Part shown: one piece after another, positions 9,711 through 18,741 of the stretch
How positions within the stretch are numbered: the first letter of the stretch is position 1
Layout: each line of letters opens with the position of its first letter
Assembly: GCA_038215615.1 (NCBI GenBank)
Contig: JBBQQR010000006.1
Span: 6,417-70,416, forward strand
Direction: 5' to 3'
Source: Vulcanimicrobiales bacterium
Lineage (GTDB): Bacteria > Vulcanimicrobiota > Vulcanimicrobiia > Vulcanimicrobiales > Vulcanimicrobiaceae
Length of the DNA stretch: 64,000 bases
Notes under the pieces: model-generated
What the model saw: only the letters and a program-made list of their open reading frames with translations
What the model was told of the DNA's origin: nothing
The model's database searches: none
Program-made: the position numbers and the translations under genes

Positions 9711-10142
9711 ATGGAGAAGCTGTTTAAGCCGCCGCCGGTTGAGGCCACGCTTTTTACCGACGGCGGTTCCCGCGGTAATCCCGGCCCGGCGGCGTCGGGC
9801 GCGGTGCTCGTTGGGCCCGACGGTCAGATATTGCACGAGGTCGGGCACTTTCTTGGTGTCGCGACCAACAACGTCGCGGAGTGGACCGCCGTGCAGATCG
9901 GATTGGAAGCCGCGCTGGAACACGGCCTCAGCAGCCTGTCGGTGCGCATGGACAGCGAACTCGTGGTCCGGCAGCTTTCAGGCGAGTACCGCGTCAAGCA
10001 TCCGGACCTTGCGCCGCTTCACGGCCGCGTCAAGAGCCTGCTGCGAAAATTTTCGCATGTCGACATTGCTCACGTACGACGTAACGATAACAAACTGGCC
10101 GACGCCGTGGTCAATCGCGTGCTCGATCAGGAGGAGCAGTGA
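9711..10142 (+). CDS. RNase H (type 1) domain protein
   Basis: TLFTDGGSRGNPGPAASGAVL ... TNNVAEWTAVQIGLEAAL ... MDSELVVRQL ... VRRNDNKLADAVVN gives the D-E-D-D RNase HI-like pattern. ATG 9711 is 9 nt after the tRNA 3' end. Confidence 0.85.
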   Translation: MEKLFKPPPVEATLFTDGGSRGNPGPAASGAVLVGPDGQILHEVGHFLGVATNNVAEWTAVQIGLEAALEHGLSSLSVRMDSELVVRQLSGEYRVKHPDLAPLHGRVKSLLRKFSHVDIAHVRRNDNKLADAVVNRVLDQEEQ

Positions 10143-10789
10143 TGCGCCGGCCTTGGCTGCCTGCCGCGCTCTTCATTTTCGCGATCGTGTTCCTACTGGC
10201 TGGGTTTTTGATTAAGTGGCCCGATTTTCAGAACAAACCGCAAGTCGAAAAAGTGCTGCAAGCGCCGACCGCCCTCGACCTGCGGCTCACGATTGGGTAC
10301 GACAAGCCGCCCATCTACCAAGAGCAGTACGTCATACGAAACGACAACGGGCTCTCGACCGCACGGTACAAAATCTCGGGCTACTCGGGGAAAGTCGTCA
10401 CGATTACGATCCCGCCGGCCAAGCGCTACGATATGACCTTTTTCTTTGACGACGTTGTCCAAGACGGAATCTGGCAGCTCACGAACCGGCCCCCGCGCGG
10501 GAACACAGACGTCCACTACACGCTGTACGTGCACGAAATGGTGAACCGCAAACAGGGGTCGCGTACGATTACGTTCACCGATCCCCACTACTGGGCGGTG
10601 ACAGCCGGCCGCCAATACGAGATCCACATGAGTCCCAACAGCCCGACGCCGGATTTGCTGAAACTCAAAAGCACCGCCCTAGCCGATCCGCGCTTTGAGA
10701 CAATCGTGCGCGCGTTCCGGTCATTCGGCCCGGTCTCGTTTCGTCAGAAGATTCTCCAAGCCCAACGGCTGGTCAGCAACTCGCATTGA
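10142..10789 (+). CDS. Hypothetical protein with an N-terminal membrane anchor
   Basis: ATG 10142 overlaps the RNase H stop and is preceded by GAGGAG. It has one N-terminal TM helix (WLPAALFIFAIVFLLAGFLI). High GC3; no family recognised. Confidence 0.6.
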   Translation: MRRPWLPAALFIFAIVFLLAGFLIKWPDFQNKPQVEKVLQAPTALDLRLTIGYDKPPIYQEQYVIRNDNGLSTARYKISGYSGKVVTITIPPAKRYDMTFFFDDVVQDGIWQLTNRPPRGNTDVHYTLYVHEMVNRKQGSRTITFTDPHYWAVTAGRQYEIHMSPNSPTPDLLKLKSTALADPRFETIVRAFRSFGPVSFRQKILQAQRLVSNSH

Positions 10790-11562
10790 TCGCGCTTCGA
10801 ATCGCCATCGTCGCGGCCGTGCTTGCGGCTGCGGGTTTCCTGGCATACGAGCACTTCGAGCAGCCGGCTAATCAACTGTTCGGCCGCACCCTGACGCGCG
10901 GCCCTTCGAACGAGCGCGTGATCGCGCTGACGTACGACGACGGGCCGAATCCGCCGTATACGAACCGCATTCTCGACGTGCTCGAGCGGGAAGGCGTGCA
11001 TGCGACGTTTTTTCTGGTGGGACGGGCGGTGCAGGCATATCCGGAAGTCGTGCGGCGCGAGGTTCGAGACGGCGACGCGATCGGCAACCACAGTTGGGAT
11101 CACAGCCACTTAATCGTCTATCCGTCCTCCGCAGTCGCAACGTCCATCGTGCGGACAGACGCCGCGATCGAAGCGGCCGCCGGTATCCATACGCGGCTCT
11201 TCCGGCCGCCTTTTGGGGCGCGCGATTGGATCGTGATGCGGGCGGCGCAGCGGCTGGGCTATACCGTTGTCATGTGGTCGGAGCCGCTGCCGCGCGATTG
11301 GGAGTATCCGTCCCCGGCTCAGATCGCGCAGCGCGTCTTGCGCGTGGCCGGCGATGGCTCGATCATCGTACTGCACGACGGCAATCGCGGGGAGCTCTGC
11401 ACACAGAGGCATTTGAATCCGCACGTCTGCGACCGCAGTGCCGATATTGGGGCCACGCGCCTCGTGATTGACGAGCTGAAGAAGCGCGGCTACCGGTTCG
11501 TGACGATCCCCGATTTAATCGCGGGGCGGTCTACGCATAAAAACGCCCGCGCAGCTCGATGA
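10786..11562 (+). CDS. Polysaccharide deacetylase (NodB/CE4 domain), membrane anchored
   Basis: VIALTYDDGPNPPYT ... ATFFLVG ... GNHSWDHSHL ... LFRPPFGA are the NodB motifs 1-3. N-terminal TM helix; 4-nt overlap with the upstream gene. Confidence 0.9.
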   Translation: MIALRIAIVAAVLAAAGFLAYEHFEQPANQLFGRTLTRGPSNERVIALTYDDGPNPPYTNRILDVLEREGVHATFFLVGRAVQAYPEVVRREVRDGDAIGNHSWDHSHLIVYPSSAVATSIVRTDAAIEAAAGIHTRLFRPPFGARDWIVMRAAQRLGYTVVMWSEPLPRDWEYPSPAQIAQRVLRVAGDGSIIVLHDGNRGELCTQRHLNPHVCDRSADIGATRLVIDELKKRGYRFVTIPDLIAGRSTHKNARAAR

Positions 11563-11824
11563 ACCCGTCGGGGTGCCTTCCTTGAGGATCGTGGTGCGTC
11601 CAGTGCACGATCGGAATGCGGCCGGGATCATGCACCATCTCACCGCGCACTTGGATGCGGTCCCCGGGCTGGACGGGAACGCGCGGAGCGATCGCGGTGT
11701 TATCGATGATTTGCATCGGGCCGGCGGCCGTTGCGACGCCGAACGTCTCGTGCTCGCATCTCGTATGCGTTCCGTAAAAAAACCGCGCCGGGCTCGTGAC
11801 CGTGCCGGAAAACGTGACTTCCAT
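11531..11824 (-). CDS. DUF3465-family protein
   Basis: 97 aa. The C-terminal IVHWTHHDPQGRHPDGFIELRGRFY matches, from memory, the DUF3465 signature (HWTHHDP.G.H..G). Its 3' end overlaps the convergent deacetylase gene by 32 nt. Confidence 0.65.
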   Translation of the reverse strand: MEVTFSGTVTSPARFFYGTHTRCEHETFGVATAAGPMQIIDNTAIAPRVPVQPGDRIQVRGEMVHDPGRIPIVHWTHHDPQGRHPDGFIELRGRFYA

Positions 11825-11907
11825 AGGCCCTCCCGCCTCTCCATCACGACGAGCGCACGCTTAGACAACATGAGCGGGACGCAAACTGGTAAAATCCTCT
11901 AGAAGAA

Positions 11908-12480
11908 ATGCACACGATCGAAACTCCCCGCCTGCGGCTGGTTCCCGTGACGCCCCGGAACTCGGACACGCTGTGGGAGGTGCTTCAGCAGCCGGATCTG
12001 CGAGCGTATCAAGATCTGCCGGCAGCCGGGCGTAAAGCGTTCGGCCAAATGGTAGCGGCGCGCCCGACCAAGCTTTCCGCCGGTTCGACGGGCCGCTTCG
12101 AATGGCTCGTGCAGTTCGCGAACTCCTCCGGCACCTTGGGCTGGGTATCGCTGCGGATTCACGACCGTAAAGAGGCTGCCGCAGAGATCGGCTACAGCAT
12201 CTTGCGCGAACATCGCGGAAAGGGCATAGCGACCGAAGCCGTGCGGGCGCTGCTGACCCAAGCGTTTGATATCGCCGGCGTCGCGCGCGTCCAAGCTTTT
12301 TGCGTTCCGGCAAATCAAGCCTCGCGGCGTTTACTCAAACGGTTGAGATTTCACGCCGACGGCGTGCTGACGCACGGCGCCAGCGTCAGCGGGCGCCCGG
12401 TGGACGTGCTCGTGCATAAGCTGGAACGCGACGTCTGGGTTCAGTCGGGGAAAACGATCGAGACGCCGGCTTCGGCGTAG
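11908..12480 (+). CDS. GNAT-family N-acetyltransferase (RimJ/RimL-like)
   Basis: TPRLRLVPVTPRN ... IGYSILREHRGKGIATEAVRALLTQAF is the acetyl-CoA-binding motif A. Confidence 0.85.
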   Translation: MHTIETPRLRLVPVTPRNSDTLWEVLQQPDLRAYQDLPAAGRKAFGQMVAARPTKLSAGSTGRFEWLVQFANSSGTLGWVSLRIHDRKEAAAEIGYSILREHRGKGIATEAVRALLTQAFDIAGVARVQAFCVPANQASRRLLKRLRFHADGVLTHGASVSGRPVDVLVHKLERDVWVQSGKTIETPASA

Positions 12481-12893
12481 CCCGCGTAACGCATGCCGTC
12501 CCCCAGATAACCGAGCAGCGGTTCGCGGACGACCGCGATCGCAACCCGGCTCGCAATTTGGCCTGCCGAAACCCACGCCACCTCGACGACGTGGTCTCCA
12601 TCATGCGCCGGCGCGGCCGGCGTGCCGTCTGCTTCTACCGCAAACGTGACGTTGGTGATCTGCGTGGCTCCGTCGTAGGACTCGCTCACATAGCACAGCT
12701 CGCGCACACTGCCTTGCAACCCGGTCTCTTCGCGCAGTTCGCGTACCGCAGTTTCGGTCAGAAGTTCCCCGTGCATTTGCCGCCCTCCGGGGAGATTCCA
12801 CAGCGGCTGCGCGTGATTGGGATATTTCGAGGCGACCAGCAAAATGTTGCTGCCGCGGCGCACGAGTGCGCTCGCTAAATGGATACGGGTCAT
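12441..12893 (-). CDS. NUDIX hydrolase
   Basis: Nudix box GGRQMHGELLTETAVRELREETGL. ATG 12893 forms an ATGA overlap with the stop of the upstream GT4 gene; the ORF-track start at 12944 would overlap that gene. Confidence 0.88.
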   Translation of the reverse strand: MTRIHLASALVRRGSNILLVASKYPNHAQPLWNLPGGRQMHGELLTETAVRELREETGLQGSVRELCYVSESYDGATQITNVTFAVEADGTPAAPAHDGDHVVEVAWVSAGQIASRVAIAVVREPLLGYLGDGMRYAGYAEAGVSIVFPD

Positions 12894-13966
12894 TGCGCAG
12901 CCGTCTCGAGCACGGCGAGCGTTCGTTCGGCGGTCTTGCGCCACGGCATTTCGCGCACGCGGGCGTACCCACGTTCGCGCATTGCCCGTGCAAGAGCTTC
13001 GTCGCCGGTTACGCGCCGCAACGCTTGAGCCAACGCCGGCGCATCGCCGGCCGGAACGTACAGAGGCGCGACGCCGCCGGCTTCCGGAATGCCCGCGGCC
13101 GCCGATGCGACCACGGGAGCGCCGTAGTTCATCGCCTCCAGCACCGGCAAGCCGAAGCCTTCATAGTGCGACGGATACACTGAAACCGCGCAGGCGCGAT
13201 ACAGCGCCGCGAGCGTGGCGTCATCAACGTGTCCGAGCGCGTGAAGCCGGCAGTGCGCGCTCGCGGTCAGCGCGCGCGAACGGAGCGTCGATGTTCCGGC
13301 AACCACGAGCGGTATGCTGATGCCCGCGCCTTGCAAGCGCGTGAGGGCCTCGATGACCGTGTCCAGCCCTTTTCGCGGATCGTTTTCTCCGACAAAAAGA
13401 GCGAACCGGCCGAACGCCGCAACGTCGAGCGCTACCGGCTGCACGGGGAGCGGCGTGCCGATGCCCAGCGGAATCGCCGCGACGCGTGAGGGCTCGAGGC
13501 GCAGTTCGCGCACGAGCTCCGCTTTTGAAAACTCCGAATCCGTAATAATCGTGCGGCAGCGCCGCGCCGCGCGGCGGAACGTAGCGCGATCGGTTTCGGT
13601 GTATTCGGGGCGCACGAACGTGGATGCATCGTGCAGCGTCGCGACCGACGGAAGCGAAAACCCGTTCCAACTTGGGCCGTTGAATGGAAACCACAGGACA
13701 TCGAGATTGCTGCGGCCGTGAAGATGACGCGAACGGACCGGATAGGCGCCGCCCGCTTCGGCGCGGTACCGGCCGGCGGCGGTCCATGTATGCCATTCGG
13801 GCACGACCAGCGTGACGCTCACGCGATCGGTAAACGCGGCCCGCCATTCGCCCAGGAGCGCGCGCACATATCTGCCGATTCCCCGGTGATCGCCGGTCAA
13901 ATTCCAAGCGTCGACGCCGACCGCAATCATTACCGGGCGCGTTCGGTACAGGGCGGCGGGGCTCAT
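12890..13966 (-). CDS. Glycosyltransferase family 4 (GT-B)
   Basis: The ORF track extends to 14404, but the GT fold starts at MSPAALYRTRPVMIAVGVDAWNL (ATG 13966, with GGAG 8 nt upstream). C-terminal E-x7-E region: YEGFGLPVLEAMNYGAPVV. Confidence 0.88.
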   Translation of the reverse strand: MSPAALYRTRPVMIAVGVDAWNLTGDHRGIGRYVRALLGEWRAAFTDRVSVTLVVPEWHTWTAAGRYRAEAGGAYPVRSRHLHGRSNLDVLWFPFNGPSWNGFSLPSVATLHDASTFVRPEYTETDRATFRRAARRCRTIITDSEFSKAELVRELRLEPSRVAAIPLGIGTPLPVQPVALDVAAFGRFALFVGENDPRKGLDTVIEALTRLQGAGISIPLVVAGTSTLRSRALTASAHCRLHALGHVDDATLAALYRACAVSVYPSHYEGFGLPVLEAMNYGAPVVASAAAGIPEAGGVAPLYVPAGDAPALAQALRRVTGDEALARAMRERGYARVREMPWRKTAERTLAVLETAAQ

Positions 13967-13984
13967 TGGGCATACTCCAACCCG

Positions 13985-14998
13985 GTGCACGTCGCGGTCG
14001 ATGCTCATAATCTGCTGACGGACCGGCGCGGCATCGGCGTCTATCTTCGCGCCGTTCTGCGCCGCATGCTCGCAAGCGGTGAGTGCGAGGTCACGCTGCT
14101 GGTACGGCATCCGCTGCCCGGATTGAAGAAGCGCGCGCTGGCCGCGGAGCTCGGCTCGCGGCGTTTTGCCGTCCGGTCGCGCATCCCGCCCGAGGCGACC
14201 GTCGTGTGGCATCCATGGAACGGCACGTTTTTTCGCGGCGGCCGCCGCAACGTCGTGACGATGCACGATGTCGCGCCGTTCGTCTATCCCGCGGCCGATC
14301 CGGAAAAACGGCGATCGCAGCAGACGCCGTTTGAAATCTCCGCCCGCACGGCCGACCGTATCATTGCCGATTCGCACTTTTCCAAGAGCGGTATCGAGGC
14401 TCACCTGGGCGTTGAGCCGGGACGGATAGTCGTCGTGCCGCTAGCGGCGGACGAGCGTTTCACACCCGGAAAGCCGGAAGAACTTCCGGCGGCTTTGCGG
14501 GATCGGAGATATGTGATGTACGTGGGAACGCTCGAAGAACGCAAAAACGCGGGAACGCTGATTGCCGCGTGGCGCAACAGTTTGGCTCCGCAGGGGATCG
14601 CGCTTGCAGTCGTGAGCGATGAAAACGTTCCCGCTGGTGTGGTGGCGTTGCGCGATCTCGGTTTGGAACGCTTTCGTGACATCTACCGCGGTGCGCTGTG
14701 CCTGGCATTTCCGACGCTGTACGAAGGTTTTGGCCTGCCGGCGCTGGAGGCGATGGCGTGCGGTGCGCCCGTCGCGGTTTCGCGCGTCGCATCGCTGCCG
14801 GAAGTTTGCGGCGAAGCCGCGCGGTACGTCGACGAACCGCTCAGCGTCGCTGCATGGGAGGCGGCGCTGCTCGAGATTGCGTCCTCGGATGAGCTGTGTG
14901 CGGATCTGTCGCGGCGCGGCCTGGAACAAGCGGCAAGGTTTTCGTGGGACGCGACCGCGCGCGCGACGCTCGACGTGCTTTCACAGGCCGGCGCGTGA
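13985..14998 (+). CDS. Glycosyltransferase family 4 (GT-B)
   Basis: The ORF track starts at 13631, inside the divergent gene. Homology starts at (GTG 13985) [20 protein letters not shown]. It also has [18 protein letters not shown]. Confidence 0.85.
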   Translation: MHVAVDAHNLLTDRRGIGVYLRAVLRRMLASGECEVTLLVRHPLPGLKKRALAAELGSRRFAVRSRIPPEATVVWHPWNGTFFRGGRRNVVTMHDVAPFVYPAADPEKRRSQQTPFEISARTADRIIADSHFSKSGIEAHLGVEPGRIVVVPLAADERFTPGKPEELPAALRDRRYVMYVGTLEERKNAGTLIAAWRNSLAPQGIALAVVSDENVPAGVVALRDLGLERFRDIYRGALCLAFPTLYEGFGLPALEAMACGAPVAVSRVASLPEVCGEAARYVDEPLSVAAWEAALLEIASSDELCADLSRRGLEQAARFSWDATARATLDVLSQAGA

Positions 14999-15882
14999 AC
15001 GCAATGCGTTCGGCGGCGCACCTGATCGTCGGATCGCGCGACGAGCCGTTCCTAGCGCCGCTGCTTGAATCGATGAGCGGAGCCGTGGATGCGCTCGTCG
15101 TCAACGATAACTCCACCGGCGACTCGCCGCATGAGGAGACACTGCGCGCGAGCTGGTTCGGGCGCACCGGACGGCTCTTCGTCGACCGGTCGCCGTTCAC
15201 GGATTTCTCCGCGGCCCGCAACCGATGTTTGGACCTGCACGCGCAAATCGGCGGTGGTCCGTGGGCCGCTTTCGTGGATGCCGACGAAGTGCACGGGGAA
15301 GCGTTCGGGCACGTCGCGCGCAATCTGGATGTTGTGCCCCAGAAATACGATTTTTTGGACGGCTACACGTGGCACTTCTTTCAGTCTTTCGATCTCTACA
15401 CCTCGATCGAGCGCCGGATGGCTTTTTTCCGCGTGCGGCCGGACGTGCGTTGGGAAGGGCCGGTTCACGAACAGCTGCGTGGACTCGATGGCCGCCGGCT
15501 GGCGCTGCCGTACGTCTACGCGCACTACGGTCATGTTCTGCCGCCCCGGCGACACGCGGAAAAGGGACGGCAATACGCCGGCCTCGGGCAGATCGGTGAA
15601 GTCGTTCCTGAAGAAAAACTCGACGCGATCGATCCGGCCGTTTATTTCCGCAGCATTTGGCCGATCGTGCTGCGGTTTACGGCGCAGCATCCGGTCGCTG
15701 CTCGAGCAACGATCGCCAGACTCCGGCAGGAGTATGCGCACGAACAGCATCGCGCGATGCAGCTCGCATGGGCGGCGCAGCCGCCGCTGGTGCGCGCGCG
15801 CAACGTCACGCTTAAAATGAATTACGAGCAACGCTGGCGTTCCCGCTTCGCCAACGCGATCGCCCGGCGCCTACTGCGCTAA
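14995..15882 (+). CDS. Glycosyltransferase family 2-like protein
   Basis: GTG 14995 forms a GTGA overlap with the upstream GT4; ATG 15004 is an alternative. [21 protein letters not shown] and the DxD-type FVDADEVH match the GT2 subfamily. Confidence 0.72.
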   Translation: MNAMRSAAHLIVGSRDEPFLAPLLESMSGAVDALVVNDNSTGDSPHEETLRASWFGRTGRLFVDRSPFTDFSAARNRCLDLHAQIGGGPWAAFVDADEVHGEAFGHVARNLDVVPQKYDFLDGYTWHFFQSFDLYTSIERRMAFFRVRPDVRWEGPVHEQLRGLDGRRLALPYVYAHYGHVLPPRRHAEKGRQYAGLGQIGEVVPEEKLDAIDPAVYFRSIWPIVLRFTAQHPVAARATIARLRQEYAHEQHRAMQLAWAAQPPLVRARNVTLKMNYEQRWRSRFANAIARRLLR

Positions 15883-16899
15883 GCCCTGCGCGATCGCTTC
15901 GCAGAACGCGTCGACGTCTTCTGGTCGCGTGGCATGGTGCGTCATCCAGCGTACTTCGGGAAGCGCCTCGTTGAAGACGTAAAAAAAGAAACGCTTTTGA
16001 ATCCGTTCGATAGCGCTTCGGTCGAGCGTCGCAAAGACGGCATTGCAGCGCACGGGACGCGTGATGCGCACGCCGCTGACACTGCCCAGGCCAGTTTCCA
16101 GTTTCTTGGCCATGGCGTTGGCATGATCGGCGTATCTGCGCCAGCGCTCGTCTTGAAGCAGTGCGGAAAACTGCGCCGCGATGAACCGCATTTTCGAAGC
16201 AAGTTGCATCCCTTGTTTACGCGCGAACGGCGCGGCGCCGCGGTGCAGGCCGGCGTCGAAAAAAACGACTGCCTCGCCGCCCATGAGTCCATTTTTCGTT
16301 CCACCGAAACTCAGGACGTCGATCCCGAGGTCGCGCGACGCTTCGCGCAATCCCAACCCGAGCGCCGCGGCCGCATTTGAAATGCGGGCGCCGTCCATGT
16401 GAACGAACCAGCCCTGCGCGTGCGCGAATTCACAAAGCTCGCGCAATTCGGCCGGTTCGTACAGCGTGCCGAACTCCGTCGATTGCGAGATCGAGATAAC
16501 TCGCGGCTGAACGTGGTGCTCCTCGCGCGACGGATGCGCGAAAACTTTCAGATGCGCGAGTGTCAATTTTCCGTCGGCGCATTCAACCGCCAGCAGTTTG
16601 CAGCCGGCAAAACGTTCGAAAGCGCCGCATTCGTCAGTTTGCAGATGCGCGGTGGCGGGACAGATAACGGCCTCGTACGGCTGCGTCAAGCAGCTTAGCG
16701 CGACGACGTTGGCCCCGGTGCCGTTGAACGTAAAATAGACGTCGCTCCCGGCTCCGAAGACTTCGCGGAATGCCGCCTTCGCGCGCTCGGTGTATGGATC
16801 GTGTCCATAACCGACGGCGTCGCCGTCGTTCGCTTCGGTAATCGCTTGCAGGATCTCGGCGGCGATCGGCGCGTTGTTGTCGCTGGCGAAAGTGCGAAT
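15871..16899 (-). CDS. Low-specificity L-threonine aldolase (PLP-dependent); proposed ATT start
   Basis: Conserved FNGTGANVVAL, ISQSTEFGTLY, HMDGARISNAAAALG and SFGGTKNG (PLP lysine). The conserved N-terminus RTFASDNNAPIAAEILQAI... is encoded in frame upstream of the first canonical start (TTG 16689). Between the upstream TAG (16909-16911) and 16689, the only near-cognate start is ATT 16899, giving 342 aa. Confidence 0.85.
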   Translation of the reverse strand: MRTFASDNNAPIAAEILQAITEANDGDAVGYGHDPYTERAKAAFREVFGAGSDVYFTFNGTGANVVALSCLTQPYEAVICPATAHLQTDECGAFERFAGCKLLAVECADGKLTLAHLKVFAHPSREEHHVQPRVISISQSTEFGTLYEPAELRELCEFAHAQGWFVHMDGARISNAAAALGLGLREASRDLGIDVLSFGGTKNGLMGGEAVVFFDAGLHRGAAPFARKQGMQLASKMRFIAAQFSALLQDERWRRYADHANAMAKKLETGLGSVSGVRITRPVRCNAVFATLDRSAIERIQKRFFFYVFNEALPEVRWMTHHATRPEDVDAFCEAIAQGLAQ

Positions 16900-16908
16900 G
16901 GGCCCCGC

Positions 16909-18672
16909 CTATGTCGGCTGAACGCTGAGCGCTAGCACCTCGGCGCGGATGAGATCTCGCAGAACGGCAATATCGATGTCGGCAGCGCCGTCAGGCACCG
17001 CTCGCGAAAGCAATTCGTAGGCCGTTCCGACGCGGTGCGCCACCAAAGCGAGCGCATCGATCTCCTCGGTCAAATAGTGCGTTCGTTCGCGTTTGGGTCC
17101 AGCGGCGATGAATCCCAGCAACGAGCCGCGGACGCTCATCGGAAGAAGTAGCGCTTCGCTTAATGCGTGCGAACCAAATTCCAACTCGAAAGGCTCGTTC
17201 CACCGGCGCAACCGGACGATCGCAGCATCGTTAAGTTCCAGTCGTCTCGGAAGTGTCCCGTTGGATGATCGAAGGCATTCGTAGGTTCCGCTTGCGGCGA
17301 TATAGATAGCGGCGTAGCGTCCCTCGATGTTTTCGCGGATGGATTCGAACGTTAGCGTGAGCAGTGATTCGGTATCAGTGACGACGTCGGCTTCGAGCGC
17401 CAACCGGCGGATCGCCGACAACGCCTGCGCCCGTCGACCAAAAAACAGTGCGTTCAACTGCCGATCGACCACCGAGTGGATCGAGCGCGCGGAAAGACCG
17501 ACCAGCAACGCCACGCCCAGCGGTACCGCTTTGCCGAGCCACCCGTTTGCGACCGCCGCCCCGAGCCCTCGCTCGAGAATTTGAGCTGCCACCCATTCGC
17601 CGGCGACAAACAGCGCGACCAGGGCAATCGAGACGAAGCCGAAGACTGCCGCGCGGCTGAAAACGATCGTGACGTCGACCAGACGGTGCCTCAAAATCGC
17701 GTAGGCGATCGCGAGCAGCGGAACGTCCTGAAAAAGAGACATCCAAGCCGACCACGGCTGGGGGTTCGGATTCGCCAGCAGCGTAAAATTGGTTATGAGC
17801 CACGCTGCCTGCGAGAGCATCACGGCGCCCCCGACCCACCGCGCTTGCGCGCGGTGCTCTTCATCTACGCGAATGAGCCCTTCAATCGCTCCTGCGAGAA
17901 GGATAACGGAGACGAGCGCCCAGGTGAGGTTTCCGAACCAGGCCGGTGCGACAGAGCCGGCAATTTGGAAGAGTTGGTCATGCGCCACAAACGATGTCAG
18001 GTCCGTCCACGCATTGGCGAGGCCTGCGATCAGAATAAGGGGAAGCGCGATGCGGATAATCACTCCGCGCAACTGGGAGACAACCGGTGGAAAACACGCG
18101 ATGAACAGCAAGAGGAAGTAATAAACGAACAGGCTGGTCATCTGATTCAATACGGTCCCAGCAAACGCGACGAGCGGGGAAGGCGCCACATCGCCAAACC
18201 AGAGAAGCGCCATACTCAGGCCGTAACCGGAAAAGAAGAGAGCAAGTAGGGTCACCTCGCGCCGCCGGGCGCCCCGAATTGCGACGAGCACACCTGTTAA
18301 GGCGAAAATAGTGAGTAAAAACAGCGTCAGCGGGCCCTCTTCGAGTGGCTTCAAGCTTTTATACTCCGCGGCCACGAGCCTGACGTTGCCGAGTACTCCG
18401 TGTTGAAGGACTGGAAGAATAACCGTCTGACCGGCGCGCTTGAAATTGGCATCGAGCGCAGCTCGCGCGGGCATCGTCAAAAGCCAAACGTCTCCGGGAC
18501 GCAATCCTGCCCGCTCGGCCGGGGACTCAGGATAAATGCTCGTTAAGACTTGATCGCCGTTGTTTGCCGTGGTGCTGTCAAAGCCAAACATGCCGACGCG
18601 ATACGGATTGGCGATATCATAGCCGCCCAGCCCAATCGCGGCTATGGCAAGAAAAATGACGACGATTCTCAT
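16909..18672 (-). CDS. Polytopic membrane protein with an N-terminal PDZ-like segment and a C-terminal GAF-like domain
   Basis: 587 aa with an N-terminal TM helix, a PDZ-like ESPAERAGLRPGDVWLL and about 8-10 hydrophobic helices. The C-terminal soluble domain looks GAF-like (RYAAIYIAASGTYECL...LLLPMSVRGSLLGFIAAGPKR). No kinase, cyclase or HTH output was seen. Confidence 0.7.
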   Translation of the reverse strand: MRIVVIFLAIAAIGLGGYDIANPYRVGMFGFDSTTANNGDQVLTSIYPESPAERAGLRPGDVWLLTMPARAALDANFKRAGQTVILPVLQHGVLGNVRLVAAEYKSLKPLEEGPLTLFLLTIFALTGVLVAIRGARRREVTLLALFFSGYGLSMALLWFGDVAPSPLVAFAGTVLNQMTSLFVYYFLLLFIACFPPVVSQLRGVIIRIALPLILIAGLANAWTDLTSFVAHDQLFQIAGSVAPAWFGNLTWALVSVILLAGAIEGLIRVDEEHRAQARWVGGAVMLSQAAWLITNFTLLANPNPQPWSAWMSLFQDVPLLAIAYAILRHRLVDVTIVFSRAAVFGFVSIALVALFVAGEWVAAQILERGLGAAVANGWLGKAVPLGVALLVGLSARSIHSVVDRQLNALFFGRRAQALSAIRRLALEADVVTDTESLLTLTFESIRENIEGRYAAIYIAASGTYECLRSSNGTLPRRLELNDAAIVRLRRWNEPFELEFGSHALSEALLLPMSVRGSLLGFIAAGPKRERTHYLTEEIDALALVAHRVGTAYELLSRAVPDGAADIDIAVLRDLIRAEVLALSVQPT

Positions 18673-18741
18673 GGGCTTGCCTCGTTTGGATCGGTGTTTT
18701 AACGGCCTTTTGTTGGGCGGGCCTCGGCGGCCTCTCGCCGG

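Noticed and set aside
9584-11562. A tRNA-Pro-adjacent genomic island or integrated element.
   Set aside because: There is no integrase, no tRNA 3'-end direct repeat and no compositional shift downstream. The flanking genes look like ordinary chromosomal genes.
16897-16911. Possible TAG read-through fusing the PDZ-TM-GAF protein to the threonine aldolase, since the two are in the same frame and separated by a single TAG.
   Set aside because: Being in frame has a one-in-three chance. The aldolase N-terminus aligns from the residue right after ATT, as in free-standing homologues. I see no read-through context or functional logic, so ATT initiation is the simpler explanation.
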